In this document: positions 7,912-17,080 of the stretch, in pieces
Numbering within the stretch: the first letter of the stretch is position 1
Layout: every line of letters begins with the position of its first letter
Source: a virus
Lineage: Duplodnaviria; Caudoviricetes
Virus record (IMG/VR): IMGVR_UViG_3300025653_000167
Span: 1-30,631 of that record
DNA length: 30,631 nt
Strand: one strand, 5' to 3'
Translations under genes and position numbers: made by a program
Notes under the pieces: generated by a model
What the model was told of the DNA's origin: nothing
Seen by the model: the letters and a program-made list of their open reading frames with translations, nothing else
Database searches by the model: none

Positions 7912-8208
7912 TGGACCAGGGGGAGCGGATGGTCATGGCACCACCCAAAAGGCGGCTTTTTCCGGTTTGTAGTGCATCGTTTGGTGCTTCGTGATCCACG
8001 ACAGGTTTGGGGGCTGGCGGTTGTTGTGCCAGCCACTCGTTTACTGCACTGTCTATCTCTGGTTTGATGGTCAGCGCTTTGGGAAGACGACCTTCAGGGC
8101 TTTAAGGATCAGTTGGACCCAGCTGTTCTCTTTGATGGGAAGCAGGGTGATGATTTCGCTGCCAGCGGCAACCAAGATTGCTAGGACAGTGGCGGTTGTG
8201 GGATCCAT
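7886..8208 (-). CDS. Predicted -1 frameshift-extended form of the holin-like protein (107 aa)
   Basis: In-phase slippery C CCA AAG at 8083-8077; -1 frame open for 63 codons to TGA 7888-7886 with no ATG/GTG/TTG between its upstream TAA (8104-8102) and well past the slip site. Confidence 0.6.
8071..8208 (-). CDS. Holin-like small membrane protein (45 aa, MDPTTATVLAILVAAGSEIITLLPIKENSWVQLILKALKVVFPKR)
   Basis: Hydrophobic helix + amphipathic helix + basic C-terminus, upstream of endolysin; missed by the ORF track. Confidence 0.75.
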   Translation of the reverse strand: MDPTTATVLAILVAAGSEIITLLPIKENSWVQLILKALKVVFPKR

Positions 8209-8306
8209 GTGCCAGGTGAAGCTGGTAAAAGTGTAGCTGTAGTAGAGAACAGGGTCTACTGCGTGTGAGTGTCTGACTCGCTACATTTAATCAGCGACTG
8301 CTTGCT

Positions 8307-8624
8307 ATGGACCATCACATTGAGGATGGCGAATATGTAAGTAAAAAGGAAGCGAAAGCCAGATTTCGTCAATCAATTCTTAAGGAGTGGAAGAACAGGT
8401 GTGCTTACTGCGGGGTGGACTTGGGTAGGTCTGCCACGCTGGATCACGTTCACCCCAAGATGAAGGGTGGGCATACGCACCAGCAGAATTTGGTGGCTTG
8501 CTGCTTTGCCTGCAACATCAGCAAGTCCGCTGAAGACTGGCTGGAGTGGTTTAGGGAGCAGGATTTTTGGGAGCCGCATCGGGAGGATGCGATTATCAGC
8601 TGGATTACGGAAGGTCTGTTTTAG
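8307..8624 (+). CDS. HNH endonuclease
   Basis: CAYCG...TLDHVHPKMKGG...NLVACCFACNISK. Confidence 0.92.
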   Translation: MDHHIEDGEYVSKKEAKARFRQSILKEWKNRCAYCGVDLGRSATLDHVHPKMKGGHTHQQNLVACCFACNISKSAEDWLEWFREQDFWEPHREDAIISWITEGLF

Positions 8625-8787
8625 GGTCCCAGCCCATGCCTTCTAAGTACATGCGGGCGATGTATTCGTCTTCTGCATATCGGCAGATGCTGCCGGTACA
8701 GGCGCGGTAATAGATTTCGCCGCGCTCGTTTTCCAGCTGTTCCAGTCGAAAACTTTTGCCGAAGTCGGTGCTGTGTACGACTGTCAT
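8605..8787 (-). CDS. Hypothetical phage protein (60 aa)
   Basis: ATGA-coupled to 8784-9032; overlaps the HNH 3' end by 20 nt. Confidence 0.65.
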   Translation of the reverse strand: MTVVHSTDFGKSFRLEQLENERGEIYYRACTGSICRYAEDEYIARMYLEGMGWDPKTDLP

Positions 8788-9032
8788 TGGCGGCCGATGC
8801 GCATTTCAATGTGCCGCACTCTAGTTTCTAAGTCGCTGAGGCGTTCCTTTGAGTCGTTCTTAAGTTCTTGGATGTCTGAGGCGACGGTGTTTACGGATTG
8901 CTCCAGCTTGGCGACTTGCATAAAAAGGCCGCCCAACCCAATGACTGCGGCAGTCAGTAGGGCTGGGACGGCTTGATTCCAAGGGTTTGGTGGCGCTGCC
9001 ACATCTACCGCGACCTCTTCACTAGAACCCAT
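8784..9032 (-). CDS. Membrane-anchored coiled-coil protein, possible lysis accessory
   Basis: AVPALLTAAVIGLGGLFM hydrophobic segment then heptad-rich LEQSVNTVASDIQELK...LETRVRHIE. Confidence 0.7.
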   Translation of the reverse strand: MGSSEEVAVDVAAPPNPWNQAVPALLTAAVIGLGGLFMQVAKLEQSVNTVASDIQELKNDSKERLSDLETRVRHIEMRIGRQ

Positions 9033-9061
9033 TGCGCTGAATTGGTCGCCTCTTTTATAGG

Positions 9062-9196
9062 TTAGCGACCCTGACCGCGCAGGAGTTTGCGTGTGCCGCG
9101 TGGTTTAGAGCGTTTGCTGTTGCCTTGGCGGGTAAGTTTTGGTTTACCTGCCTGGTGCTCCACTCGCCCCAGTGCTGTTTTTGACTTAACAGCCAT
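9062..9196 (-). CDS. Small basic protein (44 aa, MAVKSKTALGR...RKLLRGQGR)
   Basis: TAATG-coupled to 9196-9384; 14 Lys/Arg versus one acidic residue. Confidence 0.75.
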   Translation of the reverse strand: MAVKSKTALGRVEHQAGKPKLTRQGNSKRSKPRGTRKLLRGQGR

Positions 9197-9384
9197 TACA
9201 GGTCACCATCAAAGACGTACCCCAGCTCTTCGGCGCGGGCTTTAGCTTCGGCTTCGTCTGTGAACAACTCAACAGTGCGAGGGGTTTCCAGTGCAGTGCC
9301 AGCGTCCATCTCGCTGTACTGCAGGTAGCCATCATCGCTGTGGATGATGGCGTAGGTCAGTTCGTCGAAGGTGTAAAGAGCCAT
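9196..9384 (-). CDS. Small acidic protein, possible fibre chaperone
   Basis: Starts 2 nt after the fibre gene stop; function from position only. Confidence 0.65.
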   Translation of the reverse strand: MALYTFDELTYAIIHSDDGYLQYSEMDAGTALETPRTVELFTDEAEAKARAEELGYVFDGDL

Positions 9385-9386
9385 GA

Positions 9387-12083
9387 TCAGGGGTTAAATG
9401 TGATGGTCCAGCCGCGCCCAATAAGCGCGTTATAAGCGTTTTCAGCAGTAACGGTCCAAGTAGCTCGGTTGGCATTAGTACCACCTTCAAGGCTAAGGTT
9501 ACCGTCACTGGTTCCAGCGGCGTTGATGGACACAAGGATATTTTCAATGGAAGTAACATCTAGTGCGCAGTTCAGCCAAGCGCCTAGAAATCGGTTGCAT
9601 GTTGTATTATTAAATCTGTTTGCAGGGAATGTCGTAAGTGATGTGCAATTACGCCACGAGTTGTAGAATCCTGTGTTTACGTTAGACGGGTCGGTTGCTG
9701 CACCTGTAGCGGCGTCAAAATCTAATTGAGGGAATGCGCTAAGACCAGTACATCCGGACCAAGTAGAACCAAAATTAGTACCATTTGATGTAGTGATAGC
9801 TGGAAAAACAGAAAGTCCAGTACATCCCAACCAAGTACCTTCAAAATTTGTACCGTTTGAAAAATCCAGTGGAGGGAAAGCGGCAAGACCGGAGCATCCT
9901 GACCATGTACGTATAAATGTTGTGCCTGATGAGAGCGTTAAATTAGGAAAGGCCGAAAGACCACTGCAGTTGCTCCAAGCAGAATTAAATTGCGTTCCAC
10001 TAGAAGTGTTGATGGGTGGGAAAACACTGAGACTGTTGCAGTTTGACCAGGTGCTGTTGAATATCGTTACGGACGAAGTAACAATACTAGGAAAGGCTAG
10101 CAAGTTAGTGCAGTTGGCCCAAGTGCTGCTAAGCGTAGTAGCGGAAGAGGTTACTATCTGAGGGAATTGCTGTAAACCTGTGCAACTTTGCCAAGCTTGC
10201 GTAAAGTTTGTTCCTGATGATGTATTGATTAGAGGGAAAGCAGTTAGACCACTACAATTCAACCAAGCTTGGGTGAAATCTGTGACGTTTTGAGTTTGAT
10301 TGCCAGCTGGTGTGAATGCAGTAAGTGAACTGCAATTAGCAAAAGCTTCTCTAAGGGTCGTGGCTGAACTGAAATTAAACTGAGGAAATACCCCGCTAAT
10401 GTTGCTGCAATCTCTAAATGCACGGAACCAATCTGTGACTGCACTTGTATTTGGGAGGTTGACTGTTCTTGCTGTGCTGGAAAAATCGAGCTGTGAGCAT
10501 CCGTAAAACGCGGAGTTAAGCGTGCTCGGACTAAGGAAAACGTCGTTGCCGTTGGCGCTGGTTCCCCAGTTAACAATCTGCACTAAGTCTTTAGCGTTAT
10601 CGTCACCGAGAAAACGCAGACCATCTAATTGCCCTTTAATAAAAATGGAGTAGATGCCAGGAGATGAGTAAGTTTTTTGAAGGCCAGGAGCGCCCAGTTC
10701 AGCAGCAGCCCCCTTTAAACCGGATTCCGTGTTATCTCCCCAGGTAATTACAATGTCGTTGTCAGTGCCTGGGCTTGTAGTGGGTAGAGTAAATACGGTA
10801 TCTCCATTATTTAGTTCTCCTTGCGTGTTAATAATAAGTGATAGAGATCCAAGAGGACCAGTAGGAACAAAAGTATCGGCGTTGATCGGGTCGAGTTCAC
10901 CGCGAACCAGTGCTTCGGCTACTGCAGGAGTAAGCTCTCCGCTGTATAAATACACAGCGTTAATGTAACCAGTGAATGCTTTAGTAGGATCTACTGAATC
11001 ACTACCGATTGTGAGTCGCGTCAAATTATTAGGTACTAAACTACTTAGTGATTGAGCAAAACGCGCACTGCTAGTTGTATATTGGTAATTGTTTGCTCCC
11101 CAGGTAATAATGTTGCGCTCTCGGTCAGTTGTAGGGACCGGGAATGGCAGTGTAGGTTTTATGGTGCCTTGAATACTATAAACAAGAGCGGATGAATTAT
11201 AGAGTTCGCTGCGCTCTTCTATTGCTAAGTTAATCTGCTCATTTGCGGCATTTTTAAGGGAGATCAGCGTGGATCCTGTTTCAATTTGGGGTGATTGCGA
11301 ATCTACATAAATAGAACCGCTGCCTGGAATCTGTGAAGAGTTTAAATACAATAGTTCAGCAGCTCTTGTCACAGGTGCTGTTGTAACTGGAATATAGGAT
11401 GTAAACACTTGCCCTACTTCGATCTGCGCCATTGCCAAATCTAATGATTGGCCTGCAGTTAAAGCTAAGGTACGGTAAAGTCTAAGCGCGGTTGCACCTT
11501 GACTTGCTACTCGAAATGCAAACTTATAGCGTGTCCATTCAGAAGTTAGTGTGTAAGACTCAGGTTCGGTGTCTGATCGCACATCGGGGTTAGTCGCGAT
11601 GAGTGGAGTTCCAGGTACTGTTGTTTTTGCCCATACGCTAAAAATAAAAGGAGTAAATTGTGGTACTGTCGCAGCTAAAGGAGCATATGATATAGTTATT
11701 GGCCAAGTAGTAGATGTACTATTACAAGTTAATCGAACATACCCTTGATTGTTTGGACCACCTGATGTAAAATCTGTGTAGGAATAATTTCCGCTATCGG
11801 TGCTGCGAGATGCTGAACCACCGACAGCCAAATTTTGTGATTGTAAAAACCAATTTGTAGACTCTTTTTCTACAATAAGTCCGGCTTGAGCTGCAGCTTC
11901 TCCTGCAACAATTCCACCGAAACGAGGCTGACCTGCCTCGGCAATCCTGTAGTTTTGATCTTGATCAAAGTAAGTTGCAATAGAATCTCGTGTAAAAACA
12001 AACCTGCGATCAATCCTTTGCGCTGCTTTGGGATTAAGCAGCGCAACCGGACGTTGGTCGTAAAACAGCTCTTTGATGGCCAT
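9387..12083 (-). CDS. Virion fibre / receptor-binding protein with C-terminal BspA/DUF285-like repeats
   Basis: N-terminal FTRDSIATYFD...PRF...GLIVEKESTN fibre-type motif, beta-rich middle, ~24-aa WxxCxxLxxFP repeats. Confidence 0.8.
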   Translation of the reverse strand: MAIKELFYDQRPVALLNPKAAQRIDRRFVFTRDSIATYFDQDQNYRIAEAGQPRFGGIVAGEAAAQAGLIVEKESTNWFLQSQNLAVGGSASRSTDSGNYSYTDFTSGGPNNQGYVRLTCNSTSTTWPITISYAPLAATVPQFTPFIFSVWAKTTVPGTPLIATNPDVRSDTEPESYTLTSEWTRYKFAFRVASQGATALRLYRTLALTAGQSLDLAMAQIEVGQVFTSYIPVTTAPVTRAAELLYLNSSQIPGSGSIYVDSQSPQIETGSTLISLKNAANEQINLAIEERSELYNSSALVYSIQGTIKPTLPFPVPTTDRERNIITWGANNYQYTTSSARFAQSLSSLVPNNLTRLTIGSDSVDPTKAFTGYINAVYLYSGELTPAVAEALVRGELDPINADTFVPTGPLGSLSLIINTQGELNNGDTVFTLPTTSPGTDNDIVITWGDNTESGLKGAAAELGAPGLQKTYSSPGIYSIFIKGQLDGLRFLGDDNAKDLVQIVNWGTSANGNDVFLSPSTLNSAFYGCSQLDFSSTARTVNLPNTSAVTDWFRAFRDCSNISGVFPQFNFSSATTLREAFANCSSLTAFTPAGNQTQNVTDFTQAWLNCSGLTAFPLINTSSGTNFTQAWQSCTGLQQFPQIVTSSATTLSSTWANCTNLLAFPSIVTSSVTIFNSTWSNCNSLSVFPPINTSSGTQFNSAWSNCSGLSAFPNLTLSSGTTFIRTWSGCSGLAAFPPLDFSNGTNFEGTWLGCTGLSVFPAITTSNGTNFGSTWSGCTGLSAFPQLDFDAATGAATDPSNVNTGFYNSWRNCTSLTTFPANRFNNTTCNRFLGAWLNCALDVTSIENILVSINAAGTSDGNLSLEGGTNANRATWTVTAENAYNALIGRGWTITFNP
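9560..10515 (-). repeat. Degenerate ~24-aa (72-nt) coding repeat, about 12-13 units
   Basis: Consensus TSSGTxFxxxWxxCxGLxxFPxI, e.g. WSNCSGLSAFPNLTLSSGTTFIRT. Confidence 0.85.
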
Positions 12084-12089
12084 TGCGGA

Positions 12090-15000
12090 TCAGGCGGTAG
12101 TGGTGGACTTGATGATCACAAAGTTGAGGACGACGGCCTCGCCCAATGCGCCTGCCGTCAGGTTGCGCAGAACGATCTTCACCGATCCGCTGGCGATGTC
12201 CAATGTGCTGACCGCATAAGCCCCAGCAGTTGCGCCGGATTTGATGCTGACCGCAACGACATCTTGTGGGGAGATCTGGCTATTGGTAAGTGTAAACGCC
12301 ACCGCTGTATTCGCTGCAAGAGAAGCGGCATTTAATGTGATCTGGCCGCATGGTGTATTCAGCTCCACGCCGGTGGTCTTGTCGATCAGCTGCGTGACGC
12401 TGCCGCCACCCTGGGCGTAGCCGCACCACTCGTCCACAAAGGCCATGCGTCCCAGTTGCCCGGATACTGGGATTTCATTGGCATCGGTGCCGACCTCGAA
12501 ACTCAAGATCTTGGCGCTGAGCAGCGAGTTGTAGTCGCGCCAGTAGTTCAGGCCGAGGTTGGTGATTACCTTGGGCTGGTTGTTGTCCAGAATCGCGGCA
12601 TCGGTGGTCGGCACTGCTGTGCCTTCAATGTCGGTCAGCGTGGCCAAGGAAACTGGGCCAAGAGGTGCGTCACCTGTGGACAGGTCAGCGCTAGTCGTGA
12701 AGGTAGCTTTGCCTGAAATGTTGATGTCGTTGAAGAAGCTTTCGCCTTGGGCCGAGATGCCGCTAGGGAATTCGGTAAGGGGTTCTTCTTCTACGTTTGC
12801 CAGTGAGGTCAGCGTCTGAGTCTGACCCGTGCTCAGGTCTTCAATTCCAGTCGCTTTAACGATGAAGCCTTCTTCGTTAAAGCCCGAGGGGAATACCCGG
12901 CCGCCAAGCTCGTTGGTGAAGTAGTAGGTGAACTTGTTCAGCGCACTCAGTGTTTGCTGTGCTGCCGGGAAGCCCTTGGAGTAGTTGAGGGTTCCAGCCC
13001 ACTCGAAAGCGTGGGCGAACAAGCGCAACACCGAAGGACGGCGGAATTCAGCAGCCCAACAGTTGCGGGCTGTTGCCAAGCCGCCGGATGGGGCGGTTGG
13101 GAACTGGGTGGTGTTGTTTACGTCGCGACGACGGTCAGCTGAAGCACGAGGCTGGAGTGCTGCATGTGCGGCTGCCTCGCTAAAGCCCAATGCGCGAAGC
13201 AGGGAGTAAGCACCCTGATAGTCGTTGCTGCTTTGGTACTGATCTTGAATTGATGCTTCGACTGCATCAGGGCTGCCAGTTGTCCAAAGAGTATTAAAGT
13301 TAAACCCCAGTGTGGTGCTTGCTTGTAGGTTTTCCGTGTCGTTGTCGAGTACCAGCGTGTAGCTTTCGTTGTCGAGCTTTTCGTCAGCTTGGTACGCGCT
13401 CGGCATGTGGACGTAGCTTTCTTGCCAGTCCGCTGCAGCTGGGCCACCAGTAGCTGCTGTCGTTAGATCACGCAGCGCGGTGAAGTGCTTTTCGCTGAAT
13501 TTGACTGTGGTGCCAGCACGGTAGAAAGTGTTGTTGGCAAAAGTAATGTTTGGATTGCTGCGACGTAGCTGGATCTCTTGAGTTTTGTAAGTGCCGGCAA
13601 CGGCAAACTCAGAATAAATCGAGGTGTCAAAGTCAACAGAGGAGATCGTGGTTACGATCAGCGGATCGCTTAGCGGCAACGTGCCGTTTACATACGGATC
13701 GACATCGCCAAACTCTGAAGGTGGAGTTGGGTCAAGCTGCAGCACATACTCGCGCTGCACCAAGCGTGTTGGTGGTTTGGTGGCAAAAAGACCGATAGCC
13801 AAACGGCGTTCTGATGCAGTGCGGTTGTCGATTAGGCGGCGGACATAAACGCGGCGACCAACTGCTCGGTTGATGCTGCTGTTTTGCGGAAGTCCTGGAC
13901 TAACGCCATTTTCATCTTCAAGGACGCCCTTAAGAAAAATGCGGTCAGGATCGCTAGTGCTCCAAGCATTTGCTGATAGCGGGGCACGCCAATCAGTGCC
14001 ATTGGGGTTCTCAACCCAGATGTAACTATTCTCGCGAAGGCTATATCCCAAATCACCAAGGATTTGCGGGATACTCGTGGATCCTTCAGCCGCTACTAAA
14101 GCATCATTCAATTCAAAACGAGTCTGACCATCGGCATAGCTGCTAACAGTACCAAGGAAAAACTTCTGGACGTTCCCAGTTTTTTCGCTGAGATTGAGCG
14201 GAACCTTGAAGTAGGCAAAGCGCCACTCCTTATCCAAATCGAAGGCTTCAGGTTTGTAGCCGCTTGCGATGGCGACGCAACCGCCGAAGGAGCTGTTGCT
14301 GTTGGTGATCGAGACTTCGCCGCCGCTTTCGGTGGAGTGGTGGACGCCTTGGCCGATGGCGAAGATCGAGACCTCTTGGATGAAGGCGTTGTTGATGGCG
14401 CGGATGTGGTAGCTGCGCCGTGTCGGCTTCATCCGAACGTCGTTCGGGTCGCTGCTGATGTAGGTGCTGTAGTTCGGCATCTGAATCCAGGTGCCGCCGC
14501 TGTACAACTCCCAGCTGGACATGTCCCGCTGCAGCGAAACGCCAGTGAAATTGGCGGTAACCATTGACCGCAGGCCTTCGACCTTGGCGCCATCTGCGTG
14601 GATGCCGCCCATGCCGTACTCGGAACGGACCGAGCAGTTGAAGATATAAGGCGAGGCTGACTGGGTGGTGTCCCAGTCCTCATCTGGAGTGTCGTCGATT
14701 GGGCCGACGATCTCGTACTCGGTCGGGCGAGTAACGGTCAGCGCGTTGCTGAGGTTGGCGGGGCTGCCAACGTAAGTGCGAATTTTGGTGTAAAAGTCGT
14801 CCAGCTCTGTTTGGCTGGCAAAACCGAATGCCGACAGCAGGTGATGGCTGCTGGTGCTGTTGATCTTGTCAAAGAACGTGAAGCCGAAGAAGTAGCCAGT
14901 ACCAGTGACCTTGAAAATCTCGCTGCGGTTGCTGCGATCTGCCAGCTCATCGGCAGGAGTCGGTACATAGGTCGGGCGGAATGTGCATTTGCGCAGGTCA

Positions 15001-15596
15001 GGGCCACAAAGTGAGCATCCGCGTGGCAGCAAAATGCCGCCGTTGGTCGGGTTGTACTTGATCAGTTCCGCTGGTGTGGGCTCGTAGCCATCGACCCAGG
15101 TGATTGGGGTGCCGCTGCCGGGGTCGTTGTAGACCGTGTGGACACCGGGCGCGAGGATGATCGAAACGCAATCGAGGTGCGCCCTCGGGTCGGTGATCGT
15201 GTACCAGTTCTTGCTGGTGATGATCGCGGCCTCGATCACCGCACGGTTGATCGTTTTAAACGGGCGCTGAGGGCTGAAGCCGCAAGTGAGGCGCTGTTGA
15301 TCCAGGCGCTTCAGCTTGGCCTCGATGATCTCTTCGTCAGTGCTGCCGCCCGGTGCTTCGTAGGTGTTGTAGCTGCCGCCGGCGAAGGTGTCTTGGCCGG
15401 TGTATGGATTGACGTACAGCGTGAACGGTGCTGTAAGCGGGTCTACTTGCTGGGTTCCGCCGGCTGCCACATTGGCGACGCCGGCCACCTGACGCATCAG
15501 GTCGTTCAGCGTGGCGATCTGCGCCCGGAACTCTGCCTGCGTGGCGTTGATGTTGTCTAGGGCGCCAACAGCACCAGCAAGCTCAAGGGAGGCCAC
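12090..15596 (-). CDS. Large tail fibre / tailspike-like protein (1168 aa)
   Basis: LYVNPYTGQD...PFKTINRA and GCSLCGPDLRK motifs that typically precede beta-helix domains; C-terminal GGSVTQ...GQITL...VLNFVIIK domain; position after tail tip genes. Confidence 0.8.
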   Translation of the reverse strand: MASLELAGAVGALDNINATQAEFRAQIATLNDLMRQVAGVANVAAGGTQQVDPLTAPFTLYVNPYTGQDTFAGGSYNTYEAPGGSTDEEIIEAKLKRLDQQRLTCGFSPQRPFKTINRAVIEAAIITSKNWYTITDPRAHLDCVSIILAPGVHTVYNDPGSGTPITWVDGYEPTPAELIKYNPTNGGILLPRGCSLCGPDLRKCTFRPTYVPTPADELADRSNRSEIFKVTGTGYFFGFTFFDKINSTSSHHLLSAFGFASQTELDDFYTKIRTYVGSPANLSNALTVTRPTEYEIVGPIDDTPDEDWDTTQSASPYIFNCSVRSEYGMGGIHADGAKVEGLRSMVTANFTGVSLQRDMSSWELYSGGTWIQMPNYSTYISSDPNDVRMKPTRRSYHIRAINNAFIQEVSIFAIGQGVHHSTESGGEVSITNSNSSFGGCVAIASGYKPEAFDLDKEWRFAYFKVPLNLSEKTGNVQKFFLGTVSSYADGQTRFELNDALVAAEGSTSIPQILGDLGYSLRENSYIWVENPNGTDWRAPLSANAWSTSDPDRIFLKGVLEDENGVSPGLPQNSSINRAVGRRVYVRRLIDNRTASERRLAIGLFATKPPTRLVQREYVLQLDPTPPSEFGDVDPYVNGTLPLSDPLIVTTISSVDFDTSIYSEFAVAGTYKTQEIQLRRSNPNITFANNTFYRAGTTVKFSEKHFTALRDLTTAATGGPAAADWQESYVHMPSAYQADEKLDNESYTLVLDNDTENLQASTTLGFNFNTLWTTGSPDAVEASIQDQYQSSNDYQGAYSLLRALGFSEAAAHAALQPRASADRRRDVNNTTQFPTAPSGGLATARNCWAAEFRRPSVLRLFAHAFEWAGTLNYSKGFPAAQQTLSALNKFTYYFTNELGGRVFPSGFNEEGFIVKATGIEDLSTGQTQTLTSLANVEEEPLTEFPSGISAQGESFFNDINISGKATFTTSADLSTGDAPLGPVSLATLTDIEGTAVPTTDAAILDNNQPKVITNLGLNYWRDYNSLLSAKILSFEVGTDANEIPVSGQLGRMAFVDEWCGYAQGGGSVTQLIDKTTGVELNTPCGQITLNAASLAANTAVAFTLTNSQISPQDVVAVSIKSGATAGAYAVSTLDIASGSVKIVLRNLTAGALGEAVVLNFVIIKSTTTA

Positions 15597-15637
15597 GCCG
15601 CATCAGTCACTATCTTTCAGAAGTCTACCGACGCTTC

Positions 15638-16651
15638 CTACGTCAACCGTAGGTTTATTTCACCGCTGACAACAAAGTCCGTTGAGCCTGTCAGCACTTC
15701 TGTTGGCCGGACATTCAATCGAGAGTTGGTAAGCAGGAGGTCGCAGCTGTAATAAGCAGTGTCACCAATCTGCGGCCTTGTTGGATTGCGGTCTTTGTAC
15801 AAATAGAATTTTGCGCTCGCCTTTGTGTTGCGTTCAGTCAAAAGCACCAGGCGAAGTAGGTCAGTGCTGGTCTGCTGGCCTTCCTCCAGGTTGGTGTCCA
15901 CCAAAAATTCAAGCGATCCAGCGCCGCGGACCAAGGCTTTTACGTTCTCGCCAAAGGTTTCACCGATGGCTGTCATGTCGAGATTAGCTGCATCTACATC
16001 CAAGACCCACTCAGTAAGTTCCGCTTGTATCAACCAACCGCGTCCGTCTGGATCTTCAGAGATCGCAGTGATTGCTGCCGGAACTGGAATGACATCTTCC
16101 AGCAACTGATTGTCGCTTGGTAGAGCTATACCTGAAATACTTTGACCTGCGCTGCTGATACCCGCAAGGTACGAAGCATCACTGCTATAACGCGCCACCA
16201 CAAAGTTGACGGTTGAAAAGGCACTCAGTGTGATTTCGCTGCCTGCATCGAGATTGTATGCGGCAAGTTCTGATGTAAAAAGTCTTACCCTTCCGAGGGC
16301 ATCTACGTTGATGTAGCCATCGGTAAACTCTGTGGTTGACCCAGTGTCGTAAAAGTTGACTGTGTTATCTGCTTGGTAATAGTTGGCGTTGGGTCCGGTT
16401 ACGTGTAGTCGAGCCTGACTCAATACAAAAGCGCTGCCGAAGTAGACGCCCGCTCCACCTGGATTACTGGGGGAGAAGGGAGATCCACCTGGGAAATTAA
16501 GGATTACTCGATCTCCAGTCCAGTAGTCCGGGTTACCGAGATTGATTCTTGATGGTGTGGTTGAGTGAATTAGCGCTGTAGGGGCAAGCGCCATCGGCTC
16601 CGGCCACTCTCGGCTCAGTTCGAGGATTCCGCCGTTGCCGAGGATTGCCAT
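15638..16651 (-). CDS. Tail protein with tail-tube-like C-terminal part
   Basis: LTEWVLDVDAANLDMTAIGE...GAGSLEF aligns by eye with the major tail protein VRDWSFEITRAEIDVTTIGQ...GTGSATA. Confidence 0.7.
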   Translation of the reverse strand: MAILGNGGILELSREWPEPMALAPTALIHSTTPSRINLGNPDYWTGDRVILNFPGGSPFSPSNPGGAGVYFGSAFVLSQARLHVTGPNANYYQADNTVNFYDTGSTTEFTDGYINVDALGRVRLFTSELAAYNLDAGSEITLSAFSTVNFVVARYSSDASYLAGISSAGQSISGIALPSDNQLLEDVIPVPAAITAISEDPDGRGWLIQAELTEWVLDVDAANLDMTAIGETFGENVKALVRGAGSLEFLVDTNLEEGQQTSTDLLRLVLLTERNTKASAKFYLYKDRNPTRPQIGDTAYYSCDLLLTNSRLNVRPTEVLTGSTDFVVSGEINLRLT

Positions 16652-17067
16652 CAGAAGGAGCCAGTGGGCTTACCGGAGAACGTAAAGCTGATTGGTACAG
16701 AGATCAGATCACCAGCGCTGACACTCGGGCCAACCGTTGTAATCAGTACATCGCCGGAAATTGTTCCCTCGCTGCTGGCGTTGTTCAGTACCAGCTGGAG
16801 GCCGGAAAGTGTTTCGCTGTCCTCCAAGATCTGCTGCATCAGATCAGTTGTGGCGGTGTCGTCAGGGTCGTAAAGCAGCGTGCCACTGCCGCTGGTGCTG
16901 CGGATGCCGTAGGCGTAGGTGCGGTCAGTTTGACCTACGCCTGTGGTTTCCAGTGCATCGCGGTTGATGTCCAACCGCACGTCACGCACCTTGGCGATCG
17001 TGGTGTAGGTCGAGGCTCCACCCAGTTTGAATTTCAGGAGCGCCGTGGCGCTGGTCTTTACGGCCAT
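16651..17067 (-). CDS. Minimal tail-tube-like protein (138 aa)
   Basis: VRDVRLDINRDALETTGVGQ...GIRSTSGSGTL...PISFTFSGKP. Confidence 0.75.
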   Translation of the reverse strand: MAVKTSATALLKFKLGGASTYTTIAKVRDVRLDINRDALETTGVGQTDRTYAYGIRSTSGSGTLLYDPDDTATTDLMQQILEDSETLSGLQLVLNNASSEGTISGDVLITTVGPSVSAGDLISVPISFTFSGKPTGSF

Positions 17068-17080
17068 CGGTCCGCTGTGT

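Noticed and set aside
9043-9070. GGTCGC...GCGACC inverted repeat as a terminator
   Set aside because: Short, bulged stem with no U tract; one arm is constrained by the GQGR codons
10449-10455. In-phase C CCA AAT inside the fibre gene
   Set aside because: The -1 frame stops after about a dozen codons and there is no adjacent 0-frame stop; probably chance
9387-12083. Possible diversity-generating retroelement target
   Set aside because: No reverse transcriptase and no template/variable repeat pair differing at adenines seen in this window
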